IMG/VR virus record: IMGVR_UViG_3300028840_004168
Location: 1-64,000 of that record
Origin: a virus
Strand: one strand, 5' to 3'
DNA: 64,000 nt
In this document: positions 9,089 through 17,762 of the stretch, piece after piece
Layout of the letters: each line of letters starts with the position of its first letter
How positions within the stretch are numbered: position 1 is the stretch's first letter
The notes under the pieces: model-generated
The model's database searches: none
What the model saw: only the letters and a program-made list of their open reading frames with translations
What the model was told of the DNA's origin: nothing
Translations under genes and position numbers: made by a program

Positions 9089-9116
9089 ATTATACTTATC
9101 TCTTCACGTTTGTCAA
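9089..9116 (-). promoter_or_regulatory. sigma70-type promoter
   Basis: TTGACA-N16-TATAAT with A-rich UP element (plus-strand TGTCAACTATTTTTTT, identical at 16797). Confidence 0.75.
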
Positions 9117-9144
9117 CTATTTTTTTTATTTAATTACATTTTTT

Positions 9145-9471
9145 TTAATCGCCATCGCTTTCATCCAGGGCTTTGTCCAACGCATCTCCTATGTCTCTCT
9201 GGATTATATCTATCTTTATATTTCCTATTCTCTTCTGCATGCTCCATTTAGCATAGATCAGATACCAGCACCCAGTAAAGCAAATCAGTATATACCAAAG
9301 CGCAGCTGCTGACAATGCAAGAGGATGCTCTCTAAGTGCTTCAGCAGGTATCCTCTTCAAGCTGTTAAGAACGTTGTCCATGTTAGTGTAGACGGCATAC
9401 AGGTATGCCGATATCGGCCCTAAAATAATGAGCCCCCATTTGATGATTTCCATTGCTGTTTGTTTGTCCAT
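9145..9471 (-). CDS. small membrane protein (two hydrophobic segments)
   Basis: WGLIILGPISAYLYAVY and LSAAALWYILICFTGCWYLIY; GGAGG SD. Confidence 0.7.
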   Translation of the reverse strand: MDKQTAMEIIKWGLIILGPISAYLYAVYTNMDNVLNSLKRIPAEALREHPLALSAAALWYILICFTGCWYLIYAKWSMQKRIGNIKIDIIQRDIGDALDKALDESDGD

Positions 9472-9506
9472 ACAAACCTCCTAAGTATATTTTACTCCTA
9501 TTTCCA

Positions 9507-9534
9507 AGTATACTTAGATTTATACGAAAGTCAA
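9507..9534 (-). promoter_or_regulatory. sigma70-type promoter
   Basis: TTGACT-N16-TATACT; CAAGTATACTT shared with the 7393 promoter. Confidence 0.6.
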
Positions 9535-9586
9535 GATAAAAATATATTTTATCCCTTAGCCAAACCGCCCTTTCTAAAACTCCAAA

Positions 9587-10135
9587 TTATTGCGAGACGA
9601 TCAATATAAACCTGAAGTAGCCGACAGGATGGATGAGATGGCTGTTCAGTATTTCGTCATGGATATATACCCTGGGAGTTTTGTAGTATGACTCTCCGAA
9701 CATCCTCTGCATGTGAGTTCTATATGTGGTCAGGTCATAGTTGAACTGGCGCTTGACTTCATCTTCGTCAGTAAGACCATGCTGTTCTTCGTAATTTATT
9801 TCAAACTTAACAATCCTGACAAACAATTCTTCGTCAGTAATCGCAGCCTTTAAATGAGCAAGCATATCTATGGGCTTACCAATGAGCTCTTGAGGGATGC
9901 TGTCTTTTACAGGCGGCCCATCCGATCTGATGGTAGTAAGGATGTTACCCCTGTATTTGCTTTCGATGTAGTCAGCTACAACATGTCTTATTATCCCCTC
10001 TATATTCTTGTGAATGCCGTCTGGCGGTCTTTGCTCTAGCAGCTTGATCGTTTCTTCAGTGAGTTCAACAGTCACATCGTATGTGACTTTTGTGTCATCG
10101 ACACGCAACTTCCCTTTCTTTTTTGGTTCGTCCAT
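9587..10135 (-). CDS. hypothetical protein, possible N-terminal ribbon-helix-helix-like DNA-binding region
   Basis: YDVTVELTEETIKLLE...IEGIIRHVVADYI strand-helix-helix pattern; AAGGAG SD. Confidence 0.55.
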   Translation of the reverse strand: MDEPKKKGKLRVDDTKVTYDVTVELTEETIKLLEQRPPDGIHKNIEGIIRHVVADYIESKYRGNILTTIRSDGPPVKDSIPQELIGKPIDMLAHLKAAITDEELFVRIVKFEINYEEQHGLTDEDEVKRQFNYDLTTYRTHMQRMFGESYYKTPRVYIHDEILNSHLIHPVGYFRFILIVSQ

Positions 10136-10157
10136 CGGTTAGCTCCTTTCTATTTTT

Positions 10158-10331
10158 TTATATGTCTTTGCCGCAATTGACGCAATACAGCACATCTTCA
10201 GTGTAGCACATCCTGTCATCCATGCGCCATCCCATTTCTTCAAGCGGCACTTCAGCAGGCTTGCCTTCTGTCATCTTCGACACGCACTCTTTACAATAAA
10301 GCTCTTTCCCTAAAACATGAACAGCTTCCAT
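10158..10331 (-). CDS. small Zn-ribbon protein (57 aa, below track cutoff)
   Basis: Manual translation MEAVHVLGKELYCKECVSK...LYCVNCGKDI; AGGAG SD. Confidence 0.7.
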   Translation of the reverse strand: MEAVHVLGKELYCKECVSKMTEGKPAEVPLEEMGWRMDDRMCYTEDVLYCVNCGKDI

Positions 10332-10340
10332 CGCAATCTC

Positions 10341-10628
10341 CTATATATCTTCTATAAGCCACGCATAGATAGGAGTCTTCTCGCCCATGTATGCGCCGCC
10401 TATATTAAAGTCAAAGAACTCCAGCGCTTCTTCTCTGGTCATGCCGTCTCTTTTCATCAGCACTTCCACTATTTTGCCGATGCTGTAGATGACAAGGTCG
10501 TTTCCCATTACGGTTGTTACTCCAACGATTGCGTCATCCAGCCCATCGGCGACAAGCAGATTTTCATACTGCTCGGAAAGTTTTTCTTGAATTTCAGATT
10601 TTTTATTCTGATTTTTTATCTCCGACAT
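10341..10628 (-). CDS. conserved phage hypothetical protein
   Basis: ADGLDDAIVG...YS..KIVEVLM..DGMT.EEA.EFFDFNI.GAYMGEKTP pattern recognised from phage ORFs. Confidence 0.75.
   Translation of the reverse strand: MSEIKNQNKKSEIQEKLSEQYENLLVADGLDDAIVGVTTVMGNDLVIYSIGKIVEVLMKRDGMTREEALEFFDFNIGGAYMGEKTPIYAWLIEDI
10585..10598. repeat. dispersed palindrome, one mismatch
   Basis: TCTTGAATTTCAGA, codes SEIQE. Confidence 0.6.
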
Positions 10629-11079
10629 TTTCCAAGTCCTTCTCGATCTCGATAAGTTTTATTTGCTCAAGCATGAATTGCTTCTTATCTTCAAGCTCTT
10701 TTTCTTTTTTCTTTATCAGCATATCAAGCTCTCGTATCATCTCTTTCATAAAGTCAGTGCAGGCATCCCCTCTGGCCTCACACCTGTCTTCCAGCTTCCA
10801 TTTGCGCTCTGTAGCGGCTGCTATTTCGTCCTGTATTATTTTATGTTCAAGCTTGTAATCAAAGACAACAGTATTCTTATAAAGCTGCTGCCTGACATCC
10901 TGGATATTCTTCTGCGCCTTCTGGTCTACTTTTTTGACATCATCTGCTTTGGCAAAATAAGCATTAAATCCCAAGACAATGCTAACAAAAGCAGCCATAG
11001 TCATAATAGAGGCTATTATAACTTTTATGTTAGTGATAAATTTAAGCACTCCATTCTTCTTGTCATTATCATTTGCCAT
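10603..11079 (-). CDS. membrane-anchored coiled-coil protein
   Basis: Hydrophobic IIASIMTMAAFVSIVLGF followed by charged heptads. Confidence 0.7.
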   Translation of the reverse strand: MANDNDKKNGVLKFITNIKVIIASIMTMAAFVSIVLGFNAYFAKADDVKKVDQKAQKNIQDVRQQLYKNTVVFDYKLEHKIIQDEIAAATERKWKLEDRCEARGDACTDFMKEMIRELDMLIKKKEKELEDKKQFMLEQIKLIEIEKDLENVGDKKSE

Positions 11080-11314
11080 CCTGTTTCTCCTTCAATACTT
11101 TTTCTTTGTCTATCCATCCCCACTTGTCTCTGTTGATCGTAAAAGCAAGCGTCATATCTTTACAGATTTTAGACTTTTCACAATACCTGCAAACTATCTG
11201 GTAAGGATGGTAGTGCATCCCGAATTTGTCGCATAAAGAATCTACTGGAAAATAATCTGCAAACAAATCTTTCCAGTCTTCAAGCCTCATTCTCTTTGCA
11301 GCTTCGGTTATCAT
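11069..11314 (-). CDS. small Cys-motif protein
   Basis: CDKFG...CRYC..SKIC motif. Confidence 0.65.
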   Translation of the reverse strand: MITEAAKRMRLEDWKDLFADYFPVDSLCDKFGMHYHPYQIVCRYCEKSKICKDMTLAFTINRDKWGWIDKEKVLKEKQDGK

Positions 11315-13218
11315 TTTCTTTTCTCCATCCTGCTGATGCCGCCTTCCTTAACAACAAACAGCACGTTGTCAAAATTCTTCTTGAGTTCTACCCTATGGCT
11401 GACAAGCAATACCTTGCTCTTCAGCCTTTGGAAGTAACCCATGAAAGCTTTAATGCCAGCAGCGTCCAGAGATTCAAAAGCGCTTTCGTCTTCGATGCTG
11501 AAATCTATGTTCCTGGATTGCATGACTTGATGCTCGATAGCGCTGTCCATTGCAAACTCTACAGCCGCAAGCTCTCTGCCGCTAAGCACGTTCAGCGGCT
11601 TAGGTTGATTGGCCTTATCGAATATGCTGAATTCGATTTCGCCAGATCTTTTGTCTGTTACGCTTATTTCAACTCTTATCTCATCGTCTATCTCTTCAAG
11701 CGTTTCGTTGACGGCGATGTTGATCTCAGGTATCACTTCTTCCAGCAGCATCTTCTTGACATTGTCCCTGCCAAACCGCATAGACATGAAGTCATAATAC
11801 CTGATGTCGTTTCTCAGAGATTTAACCCTGTAGGTTGCTTCCTTGATCTGTTGTTTTATAGATTCAATTTGTTCTGCCGTATTGGTTAATGATTTTTCGT
11901 AAGCCTCTATTTTCTCTCTGGCAGCGCTGATCGTAGATGTGCGTGAAGCTATATCTTCCTTTACACCGCCAGTGGCTTCTCTTGCCAGTTCTATTTTGCT
12001 CTTGATAGACTTCTGTTTCTCAGAGAGCTTTTTCATCGTAGCATCTCTTTTATCTTTCACTTCCTGTATCTTTGCCGTCAATGCTTTATGGTCAGCATCG
12101 GTATTTGCAAGATTGGCTGTATCTGATTCAACCTTTTTCCTTGCTTCTTTTAAAATTTTGAAAAGGTCTTTTCTGATAACGTCTTTATGTTTTTCTCCTA
12201 CATCCTGTTTGCATGTAGGGCAGTTTTCTATTTTTGTTATGACTTGTATCTGGTGCTCTATCCTGTTTATTTCTCTTTTGCTGTCCTCTATTTTGCTGTT
12301 AATCATAGTCTTGGAAGCATCAAGCTTGCCTTCTTCTTTGTTCATGCTTTGCAATTTCTCTGAGCACTCTCTTTCAATGTCAGCTTTTTTTATTGCAATT
12401 TCATTATTTTCTTTTACAAGTTTAGACTCATCGCCATGCTTCTTCTTGCTTTTAGCCAGTTTGATTTTCAGATTTTTAATTTCTGCATCTTGCCGTTTGA
12501 TCTTCTCTTTCTCACCAGCTATAACATCGTCATAGTCAGCACTTTCTTTTTCGAAGTGTTCTTGGCTGCGCCCCAGGTCTTCTAGCTTGCTTTCCAGCCT
12601 GCTCCTTTCAGCAGCCATGCTATTGAGCTCTCCGTCTATGTATTTCTTTGCATCGTCTATCCATCCCCAATTCATGATAAACAGAAGGAAGTCCTGGCGC
12701 TCGGCATTACCCATGTGCAGGAACCGCTTGTTAGCTTTCTTTGTAAACCTCTCGTAGTGAGACTGATGATGGAAGACAGTCTTAAGCATCTGGTCTTTAG
12801 TGAATCCTAGAAGATCAACTATCTCTTTGTTTACATCAGAAGGGCGCATCTGTTTTGTAATACAGCTTCGCTTGGCTCCATCGTATTTGTAGATATGAAC
12901 TTCGTTCTTGAATTCAGAATGCTTCCTATGGCGCACGATAGCATACTTGTTGCCGTCTGCGTGCATAAACTGAAGCTCTCCCCTGCATCCTTTTTCAAAA
13001 ACTCCCAGGATAGAATCTCCTGTAATGTTGTTAGGAGTTTCGCCAAAAGGTATCCACAGAAAACAAGACAGGAAGTTACTCTTGCCTGCTTTATTGGCTA
13101 TGCAGTCATCTTCGTCTCTGTTGTCACCAGTTATGAAATAAACTCCGTTGTCTGTTAGATCTACTTCTGCATGTTCAAAAGTTATATACTTATCCAGTAT
13201 TACTTTAGTTGGGTTCAT
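11311..13218 (-). CDS. sbcC: SbcC/Rad50/gp46-like recombination ATPase
   Basis: Walker A NKAGKS, coiled coil with CPTC zinc hook, LSGRE signature, IEDE Walker B, VSH. Confidence 0.92.
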   Translation of the reverse strand: MNPTKVILDKYITFEHAEVDLTDNGVYFITGDNRDEDDCIANKAGKSNFLSCFLWIPFGETPNNITGDSILGVFEKGCRGELQFMHADGNKYAIVRHRKHSEFKNEVHIYKYDGAKRSCITKQMRPSDVNKEIVDLLGFTKDQMLKTVFHHQSHYERFTKKANKRFLHMGNAERQDFLLFIMNWGWIDDAKKYIDGELNSMAAERSRLESKLEDLGRSQEHFEKESADYDDVIAGEKEKIKRQDAEIKNLKIKLAKSKKKHGDESKLVKENNEIAIKKADIERECSEKLQSMNKEEGKLDASKTMINSKIEDSKREINRIEHQIQVITKIENCPTCKQDVGEKHKDVIRKDLFKILKEARKKVESDTANLANTDADHKALTAKIQEVKDKRDATMKKLSEKQKSIKSKIELAREATGGVKEDIASRTSTISAAREKIEAYEKSLTNTAEQIESIKQQIKEATYRVKSLRNDIRYYDFMSMRFGRDNVKKMLLEEVIPEINIAVNETLEEIDDEIRVEISVTDKRSGEIEFSIFDKANQPKPLNVLSGRELAAVEFAMDSAIEHQVMQSRNIDFSIEDESAFESLDAAGIKAFMGYFQRLKSKVLLVSHRVELKKNFDNVLFVVKEGGISRMEKRK

Positions 13219-14003
13219 GATGCCTCAAGGTTGTCTAGGTTTATAAGTTTTATTTCTCCATCTATTATTTCAGCACAGGTAGCATGCTCATAGAAATCTC
13301 CGATACAGATAACCTCTTTGTTTCCAAGCTGCCATCTTCCCTGCCTGTGCATATGCCCCATTATTATAGTGTCTTCTCCAGGAAGCACAGATGACATTTT
13401 CTCTACAAGGTGCTCTCCATAAGCTTCTGCTATACGGCTGTTATGTGCGGTATAAGCTGATATAGAGATAGCTTCTGGATTCCCCTTGAGTTTTCTCACT
13501 ATCTTGCCAAAGAAATTTTCAGTCCTGAGAAACGGAGCCAGGACTTGTTTGTAGTCGTGCCAGTGATTATCGAATGCGTCACCATGCATAAATCTGGTAA
13601 GTCTGTCTCCTACCATCGCAGTAAACCCAATAGTAGGATAGATAGTGATCTGAGCTCCGTCAAGTTCATCATAAGAAAGCTCATGATCTCCATAAAAGCC
13701 ATAGAATCCAAACATAGTCTGAGGCAGATACTGCATCGCTTTCAGCTCATGATTGCCGATGCACCAGATGATCTTGTCAAAGCAGCATGTCGCTTTAACA
13801 AAGAACCAGTGCGCTTCTTTCATTATGTGCCAGATCTGCTCTCTCACAATATCTAATCCATCTCCCAGGATGATAAGAGTATCTATCCTGTCAGGCTTTG
13901 TGGTTACATAGTTAGTAAAAAATTTTTCAAATATAATCCTTCCACTCTTATGGAATTCAGAACCAAAATGTATATCAGAAACTAATAATGCATTGTTAAC
14001 CAT
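13215..14003 (-). CDS. metallophosphoesterase, LpxH-like
   Basis: SDIHFG, LGDGLD, GNHE, HGDAFD, MGHMH, IGDF. Confidence 0.8.
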   Translation of the reverse strand: MVNNALLVSDIHFGSEFHKSGRIIFEKFFTNYVTTKPDRIDTLIILGDGLDIVREQIWHIMKEAHWFFVKATCCFDKIIWCIGNHELKAMQYLPQTMFGFYGFYGDHELSYDELDGAQITIYPTIGFTAMVGDRLTRFMHGDAFDNHWHDYKQVLAPFLRTENFFGKIVRKLKGNPEAISISAYTAHNSRIAEAYGEHLVEKMSSVLPGEDTIIMGHMHRQGRWQLGNKEVICIGDFYEHATCAEIIDGEIKLINLDNLEAS

Positions 14004-14280
14004 TGCTCCCTAACTCCTTGATCATCTTTAGATGATCGAAGTGAGGGCATGCAGGATTTAAATGTGTCAAACTATAAACTATTAAATAATTGCCGATATC
14101 GGCCTTGTGCTTCTCAACGAATACCCTTCTGTTTTTCTTAAGCAGGCTCAAGGGTATTCGCTGCTGGTATGTCCCTCTGGTCTTCTGACCGCCGACCACA
14201 GGGCCGATAGAAGCTATTACTTCACTACAGGTGCAGGTGTCAGGAACTTCTTTGTAATGCTTTATGGGAACGTCTTTCAT
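13996..14280 (-). CDS. hypothetical protein
   Basis: ORF track; GGAG SD; overlaps the next start. Confidence 0.6.
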   Translation of the reverse strand: MKDVPIKHYKEVPDTCTCSEVIASIGPVVGGQKTRGTYQQRIPLSLLKKNRRVFVEKHKADIGNYLIVYSLTHLNPACPHFDHLKMIKELGSNG

Positions 14281-14288
14281 GTTGTCTC

Positions 14289-14915
14289 CTAATTCCAGTT
14301 GGTTTCATCATCATCTTTTTTCTTTTTGCTAGGCTCCCAACTGTCCAGGTCGAAGTTGCTCTTTCCTTCTCTGACTGCTTTCTTTATCGTATGTTTGATA
14401 TTACCCATGAACGCTTCGAATAGTTGATGGGAGATAATGTTATTATGCATCATAACATGAACTGTGCATATCAGAGCAGGAACCATGATGGCCTGCATTA
14501 CATCCCCTATCCTGCCGCTTACCAAACCAGCAGTCATCTTGAAGCCATCCAGTTCATCAGGCAGATCTTCAAAAAGATCTTCACCAAAAGCTTTGCTCAG
14601 CTTGCTCATGGAATAATCAAACATGTCATTAAACACAAAGCCCATGTCATATTTCTTAATCAAACTTCTGACAGCCCTATAGCCTTCGTAGTCAGTAACT
14701 CCGTCAACCATGATATCAAATATAGCCCTGTGCTTGATCTGTTCAGGGTATTTATCAAGCACTTCATGGTATTCATCTGCATCTCTCACGTTCACGAGCT
14801 CTGACTTCAGATCTAAATACAGCTGGTCATCACTCTTAGCAGTGCTCTCCTGCGGAGTTTCACACGTTATTGTTTTCTTTTCTTCTTTACTGCTTTTTTG
14901 GGATTTCTTTACCAT
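14289..14915 (-). CDS. hypothetical protein
   Basis: Start revised to ATG 14915 (MVKKSQKSS) behind AAGGAGCAAACG. Confidence 0.7.
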   Translation of the reverse strand: MVKKSQKSSKEEKKTITCETPQESTAKSDDQLYLDLKSELVNVRDADEYHEVLDKYPEQIKHRAIFDIMVDGVTDYEGYRAVRSLIKKYDMGFVFNDMFDYSMSKLSKAFGEDLFEDLPDELDGFKMTAGLVSGRIGDVMQAIMVPALICTVHVMMHNNIISHQLFEAFMGNIKHTIKKAVREGKSNFDLDSWEPSKKKKDDDETNWN

Positions 14916-15339
14916 CGTTTGCTCCTTTCTCTGGTTTTGGTTTTTCCTGCTTCTCAGCAGTTTCTTCAAGCTGCTTTACTGCAGGTTGTTTTGGTATCTG
15001 AATAAGCATGTTAAGCTCAAGGTCATAAGCCATCATATACTCATCAGATGTTTTAATAAAAAAGCGAACGGCCCCTTGTCTAGTTGTAATAAAAAAGGAC
15101 GATATGCCCCCAATGTTTAATGGTTTGATGTATTGTATGTCTGCATAGCTTTTTATTAGCTGCACAAGCTGCAGATCTTCAGGAGACACATGCCTGTCTG
15201 ACTCTATGACAATAGGCTCAAAGTTTTTTATTTTGCTATACTGATAGCCTGTTAATGCACCCATCATCAATATGATTGCCAGTAAAAAACTAATTACATA
15301 CCCACTAAGATTACGTTCGCTTTTTGTTGTCATTATCAT
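14887..15339 (-). CDS. N-terminally membrane-anchored protein
   Basis: YVISFLLAIILMMGALTGY hydrophobic segment followed by a soluble domain. Confidence 0.65.
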   Translation of the reverse strand: MIMTTKSERNLSGYVISFLLAIILMMGALTGYQYSKIKNFEPIVIESDRHVSPEDLQLVQLIKSYADIQYIKPLNIGGISSFFITTRQGAVRFFIKTSDEYMMAYDLELNMLIQIPKQPAVKQLEETAEKQEKPKPEKGANDGKEIPKKQ

Positions 15340-15611
15340 TTCCCTTCTTTTTCTTTCATCTCTGCTTCGCCTTCTTTAAGCGCTTCTTTGACAGTCTTGC
15401 CCCATTTAATAGGCTTACCCTGTCCATCACGCAATCCGATGGTTGCAGCAGCGATCATTATTATTTCCACCAGCGTTCCTACATCTATCTGTCCACCTGT
15501 GTAGGCACTGACGGCTGCGACCACTCCAAAAAGAGCAGCCAATATTGATTTTGATTTCCAAGCAGATTTTATTTCCTGCTTTGTAGCTAAATGATATTCT
15601 TTTTCAGTCAT
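15336..15611 (-). CDS. small holin-like membrane protein
   Basis: AWKSKSILAALFGVV...IIMIAAATIGLR...PIKW; two hydrophobic segments and a charged C-terminus. Confidence 0.55.
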   Translation of the reverse strand: MTEKEYHLATKQEIKSAWKSKSILAALFGVVAAVSAYTGGQIDVGTLVEIIMIAAATIGLRDGQGKPIKWGKTVKEALKEGEAEMKEKEGK

Positions 15612-16753
15612 GATATCTCTCCTAATATCTTTCTTCCAATATCTCTCAATTTAGTTTTCTTCAGTGTTGTATCATCTGTGTTGATGATATGTTCCATTAG
15701 TTCTTTCCTGTTGTCCGAATTTTTTGATAGGAGAGGTTTTTTATTATTGGTTTCTTCTTTGAGCTTGTATGTCGCTTTCGTGTTAACAAAATCTTTTATT
15801 TTTTCTGAAATTTCAGATTTTATTTTTAAAGTAACGTTCGTAACTTTCAGCCTTGCTGTATGCCGAGTATATTTTTTTAAAATGCCCCTGATGTCATCCA
15901 GGTTCTGATTAAAGTCACGAGTATGGTCATAATTAAAATCGATGTCTTTAAATTTTGTAAAGCTGTTAAGGTCTAAGGACTCCCAGGTATCAGCCAGATT
16001 GCCTTCTTCGCTAGTCCTTACCCTTACCGCACGCTTGATCTCATCAAGGTCGTTGAAGTCTTTCATATATGGATTCCCAGGTATAATAATATTCCCAAGA
16101 CCTGCCACATTATCGTAATAGTGATGACAGTGACCAATAGCGATAAGATCATATGTGCCAGAAAGAATACGTAAATCTTTTTGAGAAAGACCGCTATCAA
16201 AGATTTCCCTTTTATCATGCCTGATTCCTTTCACTGGCGCATGCATGATGCACACAGTCTTGAGATCGAACAGCTTAGTGCCGTCTGTATCTTCAAGTTC
16301 TTTGTCTGGTTCAATAGCTTCTGTCTCTGAACCATATGGATAAAAGAAATATGCTGTGTCTGTAGATCTGTCTACTACTACTGTGGGATTTAAGATAGGA
16401 ACGAAGTAATCTGGCCTGAAGACTTCATACTGGCTGAGAATATTATAGTCCTGAGAATACATTTCATGGTTGCCAAGCATAGCGAAGATGCGAAGAGCTG
16501 TGCCGTGTTTATCTCTCAATCTTTTCATCAGCCTTGCAAACCTGCTGGCAGTCTCTGAGTCCAAAAAGTTGTTTTCAAATACATCGCCAGCTACTATGAT
16601 AGCACCCCAATCATCTTCCTCTGTGGAATACTCTGCTATCTCTTCTATAGCCGCTTCAGCATTGTCTATGCCATTATAAGGGAGGCTGGCATCCAAGTGC
16701 CAGTCAGCGGTTATTATTGGATCTCCTAAGTCCCAACGCATTTTAATCATCAA
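15608..16753 (-). CDS. sbcD: SbcD/Mre11/gp47-like nuclease
   Basis: ADWHL, AGDVFE, GNHE, MHAPV, IGHCH phosphoesterase motifs; near the Rad50-like gene. Confidence 0.88.
   Translation of the reverse strand: MMIKMRWDLGDPIITADWHLDASLPYNGIDNAEAAIEEIAEYSTEEDDWGAIIVAGDVFENNFLDSETASRFARLMKRLRDKHGTALRIFAMLGNHEMYSQDYNILSQYEVFRPDYFVPILNPTVVVDRSTDTAYFFYPYGSETEAIEPDKELEDTDGTKLFDLKTVCIMHAPVKGIRHDKREIFDSGLSQKDLRILSGTYDLIAIGHCHHYYDNVAGLGNIIIPGNPYMKDFNDLDEIKRAVRVRTSEEGNLADTWESLDLNSFTKFKDIDFNYDHTRDFNQNLDDIRGILKKYTRHTARLKVTNVTLKIKSEISEKIKDFVNTKATYKLKEETNNKKPLLSKNSDNRKELMEHIINTDDTTLKKTKLRDIGRKILGEIS
15804..15817. repeat. dispersed palindrome (perfect, inside sbcD)
   Basis: TCTGAAATTTCAGA in an AT-rich island, codes SEISE. 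Confidence 0.8.
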
Positions 16754-16773
16754 GCCACCTTTCTACAAATCAA

Positions 16774-16802
16774 AGCATATCAAGCTTTTTATTTATTGTC
16801 AA
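16774..16802 (-). promoter_or_regulatory. sigma70-type promoter
   Basis: TTGACA-N17-TATGCT with A-rich UP element. Confidence 0.65.
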
Positions 16803-16965
16803 CTATTTTTTTATCTTCTTTTATTAATTTTACTAGTTCTACTACGGCCCAGTCAAGCGCCTGTTCTCTTGTGTGCAGTTCAGATACTTTATTGCGCATA
16901 ACTTTAGCGTTCCATTTGGTTTCAGAGTCATAGTAGATAAAACAAATGTCTTTATCGTAACTCAT
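16789..16965 (-). CDS. small hypothetical protein (58 aa, below track cutoff)
   Basis: Manual translation MSYDKDICFIYYDSETKWNAK...EQALDWAVVEL...; AGGGAG SD. Confidence 0.6.
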   Translation of the reverse strand: MSYDKDICFIYYDSETKWNAKVMRNKVSELHTREQALDWAVVELVKLIKEDKKIVDNK

Positions 16966-17009
16966 GCCCTTTCTCCCTGTTGAGAGTTTTTATTCACGGC
17001 AATATTTTT

Positions 17010-17023
17010 TCTGAAATTTCATA
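17010..17023. repeat. dispersed palindrome, one mismatch (intergenic)
   Basis: TCTGAAATTTCATA. Confidence 0.65.
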
Positions 17024-17065
17024 TTATTTTATCAAAAAGCTATGCGCAATTGCAATCATTATTTT

Positions 17066-17548
17066 TTAATCTTCTTTCTTGATTTTCTTAATCAATCTTA
17101 CAAGTAATTCGGCTATCGCTATAATCACAGCAGCTGCCAATATAAGCCCAATAGCAGCTTTAAACCATAAAACCCAAAAAGATTTCCTATCCTGCTTAGC
17201 AACAGGCAGATTGTCACTGCCAGCATGACTATCTGTATTTGCAGCCATAACGCCATGAGCAAGTGGTTCGCCAGCAATGCTCCACTCACCTGTAAAGGCA
17301 GCATCTTCAGTCCTGGCAAACGCTTCCAAAGCAACGCTCCTTTTTTTTCTGAACACAGTGCTTCTTGTCCCATCCTCATTGATCTCTACCCTGTCTTCAT
17401 ATATGTTTATCGTGCACCACTTGCCTTTATACATGAGCTCTATCTCTACAGCCTTGTCTATATCTGCACCTATAGGCTCTTCAGGCGTATAAACCCATGC
17501 AATCATCAGGACTGCAAGTATAATTATAATCTGTTTCATAATTATCAT
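17066..17548 (-). CDS. membrane protein with N- and C-terminal hydrophobic segments
   Basis: IIIILAVLMIAWVY and FWVLWFKAAIGLILAAAVIIAIAELLV. Confidence 0.7.
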   Translation of the reverse strand: MIIMKQIIIILAVLMIAWVYTPEEPIGADIDKAVEIELMYKGKWCTINIYEDRVEINEDGTRSTVFRKKRSVALEAFARTEDAAFTGEWSIAGEPLAHGVMAANTDSHAGSDNLPVAKQDRKSFWVLWFKAAIGLILAAAVIIAIAELLVRLIKKIKKED

Positions 17549-17760
17549 TTTTCCTCTTCCAATATTTTTTTTAGCCTTACTCTGAAATCATCCATGTCAT
17601 CGAAAATATCATCTAAGTTTAAAGGCTGTCTGTCTGACTCAGAACGTGGCCTTGTGCATTTCGGATTGTTACATGACACTCTGCCGTTGTCGTCTAATAT
17701 AACTCCCCCATGCCTTATTACCCTGCCACAGTAAGGACATTCATCTTTGAATTGGAACAT
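17545..17760 (-). CDS. small Zn-finger protein
   Basis: CPYC...CNNPKC; start revised to ATG 17760 behind GGAG. Confidence 0.6.
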   Translation of the reverse strand: MFQFKDECPYCGRVIRHGGVILDDNGRVSCNNPKCTRPRSESDRQPLNLDDIFDDMDDFRVRLKKILEEEK

Positions 17761-17762
17761 AC

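Noticed and set aside
14887-15339. Weak resemblance to a DsbC N-terminal domain or an i-spanin
   Set aside because: No CxxC, no o-spanin lipobox partner, and the similarity is too vague to call.
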